Source: Candidatus Kaiserbacteria bacterium
GTDB taxonomy: Bacteria > Patescibacteriota > Minisyncoccia > Phycocordibacterales > UBA2100
DNA: 64,000 nt
Reading direction: 5' to 3'
Assembly (NCBI GenBank): GCA_028286865.1
Contig: JAQBQU010000007.1
Location: 5,888 to 69,887, forward strand
Shown: positions 44,547-52,574 of the stretch, piece after piece
Numbering within the stretch: the stretch's first letter is position 1
How the letters are laid out: every line of letters begins with the position of its first letter
Position numbers and translations under genes: made by a program
Notes under the pieces: model-generated
What the model was told of the DNA's origin: nothing
What the model saw: the letters and a program-made list of their open reading frames with translations, nothing else
Database searches by the model: none

Positions 44547-46355
44547 TTAATTACATGAGTTTGAGTTAATTGAGGCCGACAGTACGACACCCGGGATAAC
44601 CGTTTCAACTCCTACGGGTATGGGCGTCGTGCGGCGGAAGGCGAGGCGCAGCGCATCGCCTGTTTCCTGATCCAGCTGCAGCATCAGCTCCGATGCGGAG
44701 AAATTGCTGCCTTCTCCTGCGGCTTCAGTCAGATGCAACTGTTTTCCGGGGCACGTCTCGAAGTAAGCCCACTGCTTGGTCGCGTCTGGCGATCCATACG
44801 TGTTTCTAAGCGATATGCGCGTCCAGAGCGTTGACGCATAAAACGGCGTGCGATCCTCCTGCAGGGACGATACACGGAAGGGATATGAGACTGCTTGCGG
44901 TGTATGCAGCGATACTTCAGGCGACCATGTGCGAGACGAACTCGTAAATGTAAACTGTCGAATACCGGAAAGGTCGGGGAAGAGCATCTGATATAACGGG
45001 CCACCTGCGTTATTGATAACCCATGCCTTAAATAAAATCCCGTAGGGGTTCCCCGGAGCCTCCGTTATCTCTACTACGACTTTGATGTCAGCGCTTTTGA
45101 GGGACAGGTCATCACGATTGGGCTTGAGGCTATTCCACACCAATTTGAAACCGGGCAAACCATTGCTTGTCTCCTCCTGAATAAGCGTCAATGTGCTGAA
45201 CTGTGGCTCGAACTGTAGAGGAATAAATTCTTTGATGGGATATGAGAGCGTGAAGAGGCCTGCTTTATCTTTCGTGGAGTCGAGTATGACACCAAAATTC
45301 GGGTGTGTGATCCGAAGCAAGGCGCCTGTTTCGGTATCGACTGAGATCGTAAAGTTATTCAGCGTACGGGTATAGGTGGTGGTCGGGGTGACTGTGAGTG
45401 TCGCCGCGCACGTCGCCGTGCCGCCGGGACCTGTCACGGTATCAGTGCGGGTGTACGTGTCGGGTTGAAGATCCGTGAATGCGGGGTTTTGGATCAAGCC
45501 GCTCGTTGTGGTGCTGTACGGGCCAAATATCTGCTTGCCGGCAGAATTCGTCATGACAGAGGAAAGAGAGGTTGCGTTGGTTGATTGCCAACTTACCTTG
45601 AGCGGTTGGCCGTATTTGAGCGTAGTGGGAGCGTATTGCAAAGAACATGCCGGAGCAGTTTGATCAGTTTTCTGAACCGTAATCGTTGCTGCGCACGTCG
45701 CCGTGCCGCCGGGACCAGTCACGGTGTTGGTGCGGGTGTAGGTACCGGGTTGAAGATCCGTGAATGCGGGGTTTTGGATCAAGCCGCTTGTTGTCGTGCT
45801 ATAGGGACCAAATATCTGCTTGCCGGCAGAATTCGTGATGACATAGGAAAGAGAGGTTGCGTTGGTTGATTGCCAGCTTGCGGTGAGTGGTTGACCGTAT
45901 TTGAGCGTGGGCGTAGCGTACTGCAAAGAACATGCAGGAGTATTCTGGTCGGCTTGCTGCACCGTAATAGTCGCCGCGCACGTCGCCGTGCCGCCGGGAC
46001 CTGTCACGGTATCAGTGCGGGTGTACGTGTCGGGCGGAAGGTCAGTGAATGCGGGATATTGGATCAGGCCGCTCGTTGTGGTGCTGTACGGGCCAAATAT
46101 CTGCTTGCCGGCAGAATTCGTGATGACATAGGAAAGAGAGGTTGCGTTAGTTGATTGCCAGCTTGACGTTATCGATTGGCCATATTTGAGCGTGGAGGGA
46201 ACGAAGGTGATAGAGCAGGCGGGAGTTCCTGATTCACCCACCGCAGCGGTGGCTGCATGTGGATCGATATGCGCTCCCGCACCGGATAGGAATAGAACTA
46301 TGCTGGCGAGTATTGCTACGGTCGTTGCGCCAATCGCATGCAAAATATCTCCCAT
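44547..46355 (-). CDS. Secreted protein with three tandem 95-aa Cys-bracketed Ig-like repeats
   Basis: 602 aa. Signal anchor, then 3 x (CS..LKYGQ..SWQSTNATSLS..TNSAGKQIFGPYSTTTSGLIQ.PAFTDL..TYTRT.TVTGPGGTATCAAT.TV). Confidence 0.7.
   Translation of the reverse strand: MGDILHAIGATTVAILASIVLFLSGAGAHIDPHAATAAVGESGTPACSITFVPSTLKYGQSITSSWQSTNATSLSYVITNSAGKQIFGPYSTTTSGLIQYPAFTDLPPDTYTRTDTVTGPGGTATCAATITVQQADQNTPACSLQYATPTLKYGQPLTASWQSTNATSLSYVITNSAGKQIFGPYSTTTSGLIQNPAFTDLQPGTYTRTNTVTGPGGTATCAATITVQKTDQTAPACSLQYAPTTLKYGQPLKVSWQSTNATSLSSVMTNSAGKQIFGPYSTTTSGLIQNPAFTDLQPDTYTRTDTVTGPGGTATCAATLTVTPTTTYTRTLNNFTISVDTETGALLRITHPNFGVILDSTKDKAGLFTLSYPIKEFIPLQFEPQFSTLTLIQEETSNGLPGFKLVWNSLKPNRDDLSLKSADIKVVVEITEAPGNPYGILFKAWVINNAGGPLYQMLFPDLSGIRQFTFTSSSRTWSPEVSLHTPQAVSYPFRVSSLQEDRTPFYASTLWTRISLRNTYGSPDATKQWAYFETCPGKQLHLTEAAGEGSNFSASELMLQLDQETGDALRLAFRRTTPIPVGVETVIPGVVLSASINSNSCN
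45375..46226 (-). repeat. Three tandem 285-bp coding repeats
   Basis: Long identical DNA stretches recur about 285 bp apart, e.g. gtcgccgcgcacgtcgccgtgccgccgggacc and ctgtacgggccaaatatctgcttgccggcagaattcgt. Confidence 0.9.
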
Positions 46356-46469
46356 AACCTATATTGAGTAACCATACCTCAGCACCGGGACTATTCATTG
46401 ATGCCCTGTGGATAAAATAATTGAGGGTACCGTAATCACCATATGAATATGGCACACAAGCAGGGCACC

Positions 46470-46503
46470 AAAAACAAAAAGTCCCGTAAGGGGCCTTTTG
46501 ATT
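46470..46503 (-). terminator. Intrinsic terminator after rpsT
   Basis: GC hairpin (ggcccc-ttac-ggggac on the minus strand) followed by a T-run. Confidence 0.65.
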
Positions 46504-46513
46504 TAATCGATCT

Positions 46514-46780
46514 TTACTTAGTGAGCGCGTCTATCTGCTTGGAGATGCGGGACTTCATGCGAGCGGCAGTGTTCTTCTTGATGGTGCCGTTCTTCGCAGC
46601 CTTATCGATCGCCTGGAAGACACCCGGGAGAGCCGCCGATGCCTCTTTCGCAGACTTGCCCTTCACGAGCTTGCTCGTTTCCTTGACCGAATCTTTCATC
46701 GCCTTCTTGCGGCGCGCGTTGAAAACGCGGCGTCGAAGTGACACTCGATGAGCTTTCTTGGCGGAACTCGTATTTGCCAT
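46514..46780 (-). CDS. rpsT: 30S ribosomal protein S20
   Basis: MANTSSAKKAHRVSLRRRVFNARRK is the S20 signature. Confidence 0.95.
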   Translation of the reverse strand: MANTSSAKKAHRVSLRRRVFNARRKKAMKDSVKETSKLVKGKSAKEASAALPGVFQAIDKAAKNGTIKKNTAARMKSRISKQIDALTK

Positions 46781-46855
46781 ATCGGCCGATGCTACACGAT
46801 TATGGCCTTAAGTGCAAGAAATCAGGGCTATTTCGCCAAGTGGTATGATTCGCGC

Positions 46856-47428
46856 ATGATCGGCTATATAGAAGGAACAGTAAAAGCTGCCCGCGAGGCA
46901 CACCTCATCGTACAGGCCGGGGCGATCGGGTACAAAGTAGGGGTACTCAAAGAAACGGTCCTTCGCACTCAGGTCGGCTCCCCTGTCTCGTTCTGGATAT
47001 ACACCGCGGTGCGCGAAGACGCGCTCGACCTCTATGGATTCGCCGACGAAGCGGAGCTTCGTTTCTTTGAACTCCTCCTCACCGTCTCCGGCATCGGACC
47101 GAAATCCGCACTCGGCATTCTTGATATTGCATCGGTCGAGACGCTCCGTAGCGCCATCTCGACGGCCAATGCGAGCTACCTCACCAACGTCTCCGGCATC
47201 GGAAAGAAGACCGCGGAAAAGATCGTGCTCGAACTCAAAGACAAGATGAAAGCCGGCGACAAGATGCAATCGGGGGTCCTGCGCGGCGACCAGGAAGCGC
47301 TCGAAGCGATGCGTGCACTCGGCTACACCGCGGCCGAAGCGCGCGATGCACTACGCGAGATCCCCCATGATATCGAATCCGGCAGCGACCGGCTGCGTGC
47401 CGCACTCAAGCTTGTCGGCAAAAAATAA
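46856..47428 (+). CDS. ruvA: Holliday junction DNA helicase subunit RuvA
   Basis: MIGYIEGTV..GYKV.., helix-hairpin-helix motifs VSGIGPKSALGIL and VSGIGKKTAEKIV. Start at ATG 46856. Confidence 0.93.
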   Translation: MIGYIEGTVKAAREAHLIVQAGAIGYKVGVLKETVLRTQVGSPVSFWIYTAVREDALDLYGFADEAELRFFELLLTVSGIGPKSALGILDIASVETLRSAISTANASYLTNVSGIGKKTAEKIVLELKDKMKAGDKMQSGVLRGDQEALEAMRALGYTAAEARDALREIPHDIESGSDRLRAALKLVGKK

Positions 47429-47429
47429 T

Positions 47430-48689
47430 ATGAGCGGTATCAAAAAAGCTATCCGCGCGATCGTCCCGGCTCCCCTTCTCTCCGCCTATCACTTCTTGCT
47501 CGCGTATATCGGCTCGGCGCTCTACGGTTTTCCGTCGAGAAAAATGATCGTCATCGGCGTCACCGGTACCGACGGCAAATCGTCGACCACGGAATATATC
47601 AATGCGATCTTCGAAGCGGCCGGTCACCACACCGCTGTCTCGAATTCCATACGGATCAAAGTGAATAACGAAACGGGAGTCGCGACCGGACGTTCAATGC
47701 CCGGGCGCTTCTTTATCCAGCGGTTCATGCGCCGAGCACTGCGCGCCGGCTGCACGGTCGCCATTATCGAGATGACATCCGAGGGCGTGCGCCAGCATCG
47801 GCACCGGGCGATAGCGCTCGACGCACTCGTGTTCACCAATCTCTCTCCGGAGCACATCGAATCCCACGGTTCGTTCGAGGCCTATGCCGACGCCAAATAT
47901 CAGATCGGGCAGGTACTCGCCCGCTCGCCCAAGCGCCCGCGTGCCATCATCGCGAATGCCGACGATGCACAAGGACCGCGCTATCTGGCACTTCCGGTCG
48001 AAAAGAAATACGGCTTTTCACTTTCGAACAATGCTCCGTATTCCACCGACACTCACGGCGGATACTTCACCTATGGCGAGCGGATAGACGTTGCGCTTCC
48101 GGGCGAGTTCTCGCTCAAGAACGCGCTCGCCGCTGCATGTGTCGCCTCTGCGTTTAATATCGATCGGGCAGCGATACGGGCAGGAGTCGCTGCCGTAAAG
48201 CATATTCCCGGCCGTCTCCAGGAGATCAAGGCGGGACAAGATTTCGCGGTCGTCGTCGACTACGCACTCACGCCGGACGCGCTTGAGGCACTCTATACAA
48301 CATACGGCACGCAAAAGAAGATCTGCGTCTTCGGCTCCGCCGGCGGCGGTCGCGACATATGGAAACGCCCCGTCCTCGGCAAAATTGCTGAGAAATACTG
48401 CGACTCCGTCATTCTCACCAATGACATCGCATACGATGAGGACCCCGCGAAGATCATCAACGATATCGCAGGCGGCATGAGCACCACCCCCGAGATCATC
48501 CCCGACCGTCGCGCGGCCATCCGACGCTCTCTTGAAATTGCGCGCACGAACAACGATCCGAACACCGTGGTGCTTATCTCGGGTATGGGCATCGACTCCG
48601 AGATCACTTCGGCAGAGGGAGCAAAAATATCCTGGAGCGATGTGGATGTGACACAGGAAGAACTCTCACGGCTCCTGAAGCGGGTATAA
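47430..48689 (+). CDS. Mur ligase family protein (MurE-like)
   Basis: GVTGTDGKSSTT P-loop, EMTSEG, FTNLSPEHIESHG, C-terminal Mur ligase domain. Start at ATG 47430. Confidence 0.8.
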   Translation: MSGIKKAIRAIVPAPLLSAYHFLLAYIGSALYGFPSRKMIVIGVTGTDGKSSTTEYINAIFEAAGHHTAVSNSIRIKVNNETGVATGRSMPGRFFIQRFMRRALRAGCTVAIIEMTSEGVRQHRHRAIALDALVFTNLSPEHIESHGSFEAYADAKYQIGQVLARSPKRPRAIIANADDAQGPRYLALPVEKKYGFSLSNNAPYSTDTHGGYFTYGERIDVALPGEFSLKNALAAACVASAFNIDRAAIRAGVAAVKHIPGRLQEIKAGQDFAVVVDYALTPDALEALYTTYGTQKKICVFGSAGGGRDIWKRPVLGKIAEKYCDSVILTNDIAYDEDPAKIINDIAGGMSTTPEIIPDRRAAIRRSLEIARTNNDPNTVVLISGMGIDSEITSAEGAKISWSDVDVTQEELSRLLKRV

Positions 48690-48696
48690 TACGCGC

Positions 48697-49404
48697 ATGA
48701 TAAAAACGATACTCACGTATGTGATAGCCGGGATGATCATCGTGCTCGTATGCATGTGGCTCTGGACCGGTGGGTGGGCGCTCATCAAGCAGAGCGTGAG
48801 GAATATGCCGAATCCCATCGACATCATCTGGGGCAACAGCAGCTCGACCTACGCGATCGTGCTCCCCGGCCAGCCTCCGATCCCCCAGGGTCCGGACATC
48901 TCGAATCTGACCGATCAGTATGCCGATTCCGGCACATCAAATACGCAGGATATTTCGCCCGAAGAGCGTCAGGCGCAACAGCAGGCACAAAACAACGCGA
49001 TCCGCGCTCAAGCCCAGGCCGCGCAGCATGTGAACGACTCACCGTATGCGGGAGTCGTGTCGCTCTCGAGCGGTACCGCCTCTGACAAGACGCAGACCGA
49101 ATACCTCACCCTCGACGCCAACCAGCAGATACCCGTCGGCGGATGGTCGCTCGTAAGCACGATGACCGGCATGCGTGCGACGATCCCGGCATATTCAAAA
49201 GGCCCGCAGGGGTCGCTCGTGCCGACCGTGATGCGATCCGGCGATACCGCCATCGTCGTCTCTGCGACCTCCCCTGCGGCATCGGCCATCTCGGCGAGCT
49301 GGCATGTGTACCTCAATGCGGGGACTAATATCTGGAGCGATTCGCACGACACCATCCAATTGCTTGATGCATCCGGACGTATCGTAGACACGATCTCCTA
49401 CTAG
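48697..49404 (+). CDS. Membrane-anchored protein with C-terminal lamin-tail-domain (LTD)-like fold
   Basis: N-terminal TM helix; C-terminal pattern EYLTLDAN..IPVGGWSLVS..DTIQLLDASGRIVDTISY. Confidence 0.6.
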   Translation: MIKTILTYVIAGMIIVLVCMWLWTGGWALIKQSVRNMPNPIDIIWGNSSSTYAIVLPGQPPIPQGPDISNLTDQYADSGTSNTQDISPEERQAQQQAQNNAIRAQAQAAQHVNDSPYAGVVSLSSGTASDKTQTEYLTLDANQQIPVGGWSLVSTMTGMRATIPAYSKGPQGSLVPTVMRSGDTAIVVSATSPAASAISASWHVYLNAGTNIWSDSHDTIQLLDASGRIVDTISY

Positions 49405-49868
49405 TCGCGTGCAGCGAAGAGAATGATCCCGGCAGCGACCGACACGTTGAGTGATTCTTTCGTGCCGTGCATCGGAATCTCAAGCAGCACATCACACTGA
49501 TCCCGCAAAGACTTCGAAATGCCCTTCACCTCATTGCCCAAGACAAAAAGCGTCGGACCTTTCACGGCGAACGTACGATAGTCTTGCGCTCGTTCGTCCT
49601 GCTCGACGCCGACCACGGTCCATCCGGCGTCTTTCAACCTTTTTATAAGACCCGCAGGAGTCGCCTGATATTCCCACGCGACCGAATGCTCGGCGCCAAG
49701 TGCTGTTTTTGCTATATCTTTCTGCGGTCGACCGAACCGATCAACGGGGATCGGCGTGTAGCCCGAGAGATATATGCGCGCGACACCTGCGGCATCCGCG
49801 GTGCGAAATATCGAACCCACATTATGGGCACTGCGGATATTATGCAGAAGTACCGCCGCTTGATTCAT
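49401..49868 (-). CDS. SpoU/TrmH family RNA 2'-O-methyltransferase
   Basis: HNVGSIFRTADAAG, LVLGNEVKGIS, IPMHGTKESLNVSVAAGI SPOUT motifs. Confidence 0.9.
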   Translation of the reverse strand: MNQAAVLLHNIRSAHNVGSIFRTADAAGVARIYLSGYTPIPVDRFGRPQKDIAKTALGAEHSVAWEYQATPAGLIKRLKDAGWTVVGVEQDERAQDYRTFAVKGPTLFVLGNEVKGISKSLRDQCDVLLEIPMHGTKESLNVSVAAGIILFAARD

Positions 49869-49901
49869 GGAAAGAGCCTAGCATAGGTGTATAATTCCGG
49901 C

Positions 49902-50246
49902 ATGCTTTCACTTTTTCCCCAGATACTTTTCTTGGCTCCATTCTCCGCATTCTTGATACGCCTCGCACTCTTCTCTTTGCTCGGGTACGCCTCGTGGCAG
50001 CATCTTGCGCGACCGGCCCTGCTTCCCCGTACGTTCGGTACCCTCGAAGCGATCGCGGCTATTCTTTTGCTTGCGGGCGCTTGGACACAGGCCGTCGCGC
50101 TGCTTGTTTTTGTTGGGGTGGCCTGCGGATTCTTCATCACCTGGATGCGCATCTACCCGAAGAGCACTATGCTGCTTGCGCTCGTTATGTGCGCATCCTT
50201 GGTCGTCACCGGAGCAGGTGCCATCGCCTTTGATCTGCCGCTCTAA
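49902..50246 (+). CDS. Small DoxX-like membrane protein
   Basis: About 114 aa, 4 TM helices. ATG 49902 lies 6 nt downstream of a perfect TATAAT (49890-49895). Confidence 0.55.
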   Translation: MLSLFPQILFLAPFSAFLIRLALFSLLGYASWQHLARPALLPRTFGTLEAIAAILLLAGAWTQAVALLVFVGVACGFFITWMRIYPKSTMLLALVMCASLVVTGAGAIAFDLPL

Positions 50247-50260
50247 GTAAGACAGCTTAG

Positions 50261-50303
50261 TGGTCACACATACTTTTCTGCTGAAAAGTTGCGCGACTCC
50301 GCC
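50261..50303 (+). repeat. Type-2 hairpin module, copy 1
   Basis: tggtcacacata-cttttc-tgctg-aaaag-ttgcgcgactccgcc. Same frame as 50413-50455, with compensatory stem changes. Confidence 0.75.
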
Positions 50304-50315
50304 GGTTCGCACAAG

Positions 50316-50402
50316 TGGTCAGGAATAATTATTGAGCCGTCGCTCAATAATTTTCACGACCCTGGCTCGCGGTTCGGCGAGCTCGCCTCACATCGCTCCG
50401 CC
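50316..50402 (+). repeat. Mosaic hairpin repeat, copy C
   Basis: tggtcaggaata-attattgag-ccgtcg-ctcaataat-tttcacgaccctggctcgcg-gttcggcgag/ctcgcctcac-atcgctccgcc. Confidence 0.85.
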
Positions 50403-50412
50403 TCGCGCCTTG

Positions 50413-50455
50413 TGGCTACACATAATTCTCTGCTGAGAATTTGCGCAGCCCCGCC
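50413..50455 (+). repeat. Type-2 hairpin module, copy 2
   Basis: tggctacacata-attctc-tgctg-agaat-ttgcgcagccccgcc. Confidence 0.75.
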
Positions 50456-50480
50456 TCGACCCCGCCCGGGTCTGCGGCCC

Positions 50481-50528
50481 GCACACGAATGAAAAACAGC
50501 ACCACAGTGCTGTTTTTCATTCGTGTGC
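50481..50528. other. 22-bp perfect hairpin abutting and overlapping the tRNA-Lys 3' end
   Basis: gcacacgaatgaaaaacagcac-caca-gtgctgtttttcattcgtgtgc. The inner part resembles a bidirectional terminator (A5/T5 flanks). Confidence 0.8.
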
Positions 50529-50598
50529 GCCCACCAGGATTCGAACCTGGGACCGTCTCCTTAAAAGGGAGCTGCTCTACCAACTGAGCTATGAGCGC
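50526..50598 (-). tRNA. tRNA-Lys (TTT)
   Basis: Manual fold: acceptor GCGCTCA/TGGGCGC, anticodon loop CTTTTAA, T-loop GGTTCGAATCC. Confidence 0.9.
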
Positions 50599-50680
50599 AA
50601 TGAAAGGAATATACCACTCACTTTGAACGAGGGCGAATCTATCGACACAAGAAGAATCGGCAACGTGCTACAGTACATTT

Positions 50681-51139
50681 ATGGACCTCCTCATCATCTT
50701 CGCCGCAAAATATCTTATTATTCTTCCCGTTCTCGTCGCACTCTATCTCATATACAAATTGCCCGCCGAAGACCGGTTGAGCTACGGCATTCATGTTATC
50801 GCCACCGGAATACTCGCCTATGTCCTGGCAAAAGTCCTCGGCCATTTTTATTTTGACGCACGCCCGTTCGTCAGCGACGGCATCGTTCCCTTGATCCCCC
50901 ACGCCGCAGACAACGGCTTCCCATCCGACCATACGCTCCTTGCAAGTGTGCTTGCGGCGGTCGTCTTTATATTCAACAAAAACATCGGTGTCGCACTCTG
51001 GATCATCGCACTCTTAATAGGTGCTGCGCGCGTAGCCGCCGGCATTCATCACCCGCTCGATATCGCGGGGAGTATCGTCATCTCGATCATCGCCGCGATC
51101 ATTGTCGCGCTCTCGCTCAAGAAAAAGACGACCTTCTAG
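50681..51139 (+). CDS. PAP2 family phosphatase (BcrC/undecaprenyl-diphosphatase-like)
   Basis: FPSDHT and AARVAAGIHHPLD match PAP2 motifs; 4 or more TM helices. Confidence 0.8.
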   Translation: MDLLIIFAAKYLIILPVLVALYLIYKLPAEDRLSYGIHVIATGILAYVLAKVLGHFYFDARPFVSDGIVPLIPHAADNGFPSDHTLLASVLAAVVFIFNKNIGVALWIIALLIGAARVAAGIHHPLDIAGSIVISIIAAIIVALSLKKKTTF

Positions 51140-51142
51140 AGA

Positions 51143-52561
51143 TCAGATCGCTATCTGGACCGTCACATCTTTGGTGGCATGCGCTCCGTCCACGCTGACG
51201 CACGAGATCGTAAAGACCGTCGCGCTCGTGATAGCGACCGTGGAAGCTCCGCCGGTGAGGGTGTGCTGAGAGAAACTGCCGTCGGGAGAAGTCACGGCGC
51301 AGCTTTGAGCGCCGGATGACGTCCAGAAGATGGAGGTGCGTGCGCCGAGGGAGACCGTTTTCGGCGATGCCCAGATATCTACCGTCGGTGGAACGCTGCC
51401 GACCGCTGCAGATGAGGAGGCGATCGTCGTGTTCGCCTTCACCGGCTGAGTCGGGCTCTGCGTGATAGTGACCGTGGTCTGACCACCGGTCGCGGGAGCA
51501 GAGACCGCTGTGTCGCCCACCTTGTAACCACGGAGCGTGCAGAGCCCGTCGAAGAATGACGGAGTGATTATCTTTGAAAGGAAGTTCGTAGACCACGGAC
51601 GCGACTGGCACCACGACGCTACAAGGCCGGTCGGCTGCGCGCCGAGCGTGGTATCGCCTCCGTAGAATCCCGCGACCTCGGTATTGTTCGCCTGATCGCG
51701 ATTGCCGATGACGAAGGTTGCACCGCTGCTGAGGACCGCAATGTCGCCGCGAACGCCCGGAGCGATATTGGCGGACTGGGCGAACACATTGTTCCCTACC
51801 GGATTGATGGTCGAAGAGCTCGACTGGCCGGTGACGACCGCGGTACCGGTGTTGTTCGAATACTGATTCAGGATGTCCGTGGAAGAACTGCCGGTCACGG
51901 TCGTGTCGTTTCCGAGACCAGTTGTTACAGACGTGCCGCCGTTGAGCGCGTTAAGAAGATCGCTGGTGACATTATTAGAATTCGTGAGTCCTGATGTATC
52001 ACCGGAGAGTGCCGTGGGCACGTAAATGGCGCACGGGTCGCTCGATACCACATGGACGATGTAAGTTGATGTACACGAGCCGGATCCGGTCGCGGCGGGT
52101 GTCGCTGCCGTCGGAGCGGGTGCGCTCGACCCCTGCATAAGCTGACCCATCAATTGCCCGAGAATTCCCGCGATCTTATCGAGGCCGAGCCCGGAGCTGG
52201 CTCCCCCGCCTGCACCTGAGGTCGAGACACCTTTGCACTTATTTTGCGCGGTGCAGGTACCCAGCGTCTTGCTTCCGTTCGTCGTATCGAAACAAACGCC
52301 GGGCTGGCAGTTTGCAGTATTCTTTCCGCCGACACATCCCTTTGGACCCGGCACCATATTGCACGGACACTGCTGAAAGTACGGAGTACACATGAGGTCC
52401 GCGGCGGTGGTCATACTGCTCGTAAGCGAATTGATGATCGTCGGCGCAGCAAGACCGAGCCCGAGACCAAGTCCGAGCGATTGGGCGTTGATCTGTGCGG
52501 AAGCGGAAAGCGGGACGATGGAGGCGATGATAAACGCGAGCGTGACCAGTTTTGATCTCAT
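51143..52561 (-). CDS. Secreted Cys-rich hypothetical protein with C-terminal Ig-like module
   Basis: 472 aa from ATG 52561 (MRSKLVTLAFIIASIVPLSASA signal). The C-terminus (W.SPKTVSLGARTSIFWTSSGAQSC..ISC) shares the module seen in the 39505 and 44547 proteins. Confidence 0.65.
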   Translation of the reverse strand: MRSKLVTLAFIIASIVPLSASAQINAQSLGLGLGLGLAAPTIINSLTSSMTTAADLMCTPYFQQCPCNMVPGPKGCVGGKNTANCQPGVCFDTTNGSKTLGTCTAQNKCKGVSTSGAGGGASSGLGLDKIAGILGQLMGQLMQGSSAPAPTAATPAATGSGSCTSTYIVHVVSSDPCAIYVPTALSGDTSGLTNSNNVTSDLLNALNGGTSVTTGLGNDTTVTGSSSTDILNQYSNNTGTAVVTGQSSSSTINPVGNNVFAQSANIAPGVRGDIAVLSSGATFVIGNRDQANNTEVAGFYGGDTTLGAQPTGLVASWCQSRPWSTNFLSKIITPSFFDGLCTLRGYKVGDTAVSAPATGGQTTVTITQSPTQPVKANTTIASSSAAVGSVPPTVDIWASPKTVSLGARTSIFWTSSGAQSCAVTSPDGSFSQHTLTGGASTVAITSATVFTISCVSVDGAHATKDVTVQIAI

Positions 52562-52574
52562 GCCAAATATGATA

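Noticed and set aside
45375-46226. Possible CRISPR array or satellite
   Set aside because: The period is 285 bp, there is no short repeat/spacer structure, and the repeats are in frame inside a long ORF encoding a repeated protein domain.
50289-50492. 67-aa ORF in the DoxX-like/tRNA-Lys spacer, plus small ORFs at 2167-2404 and 28537-28725
   Set aside because: They lie on the repeat copies. Their apparent mutual similarity follows from the repeated DNA, and the covarying hairpin arms change the encoded residues freely, which argues against coding.
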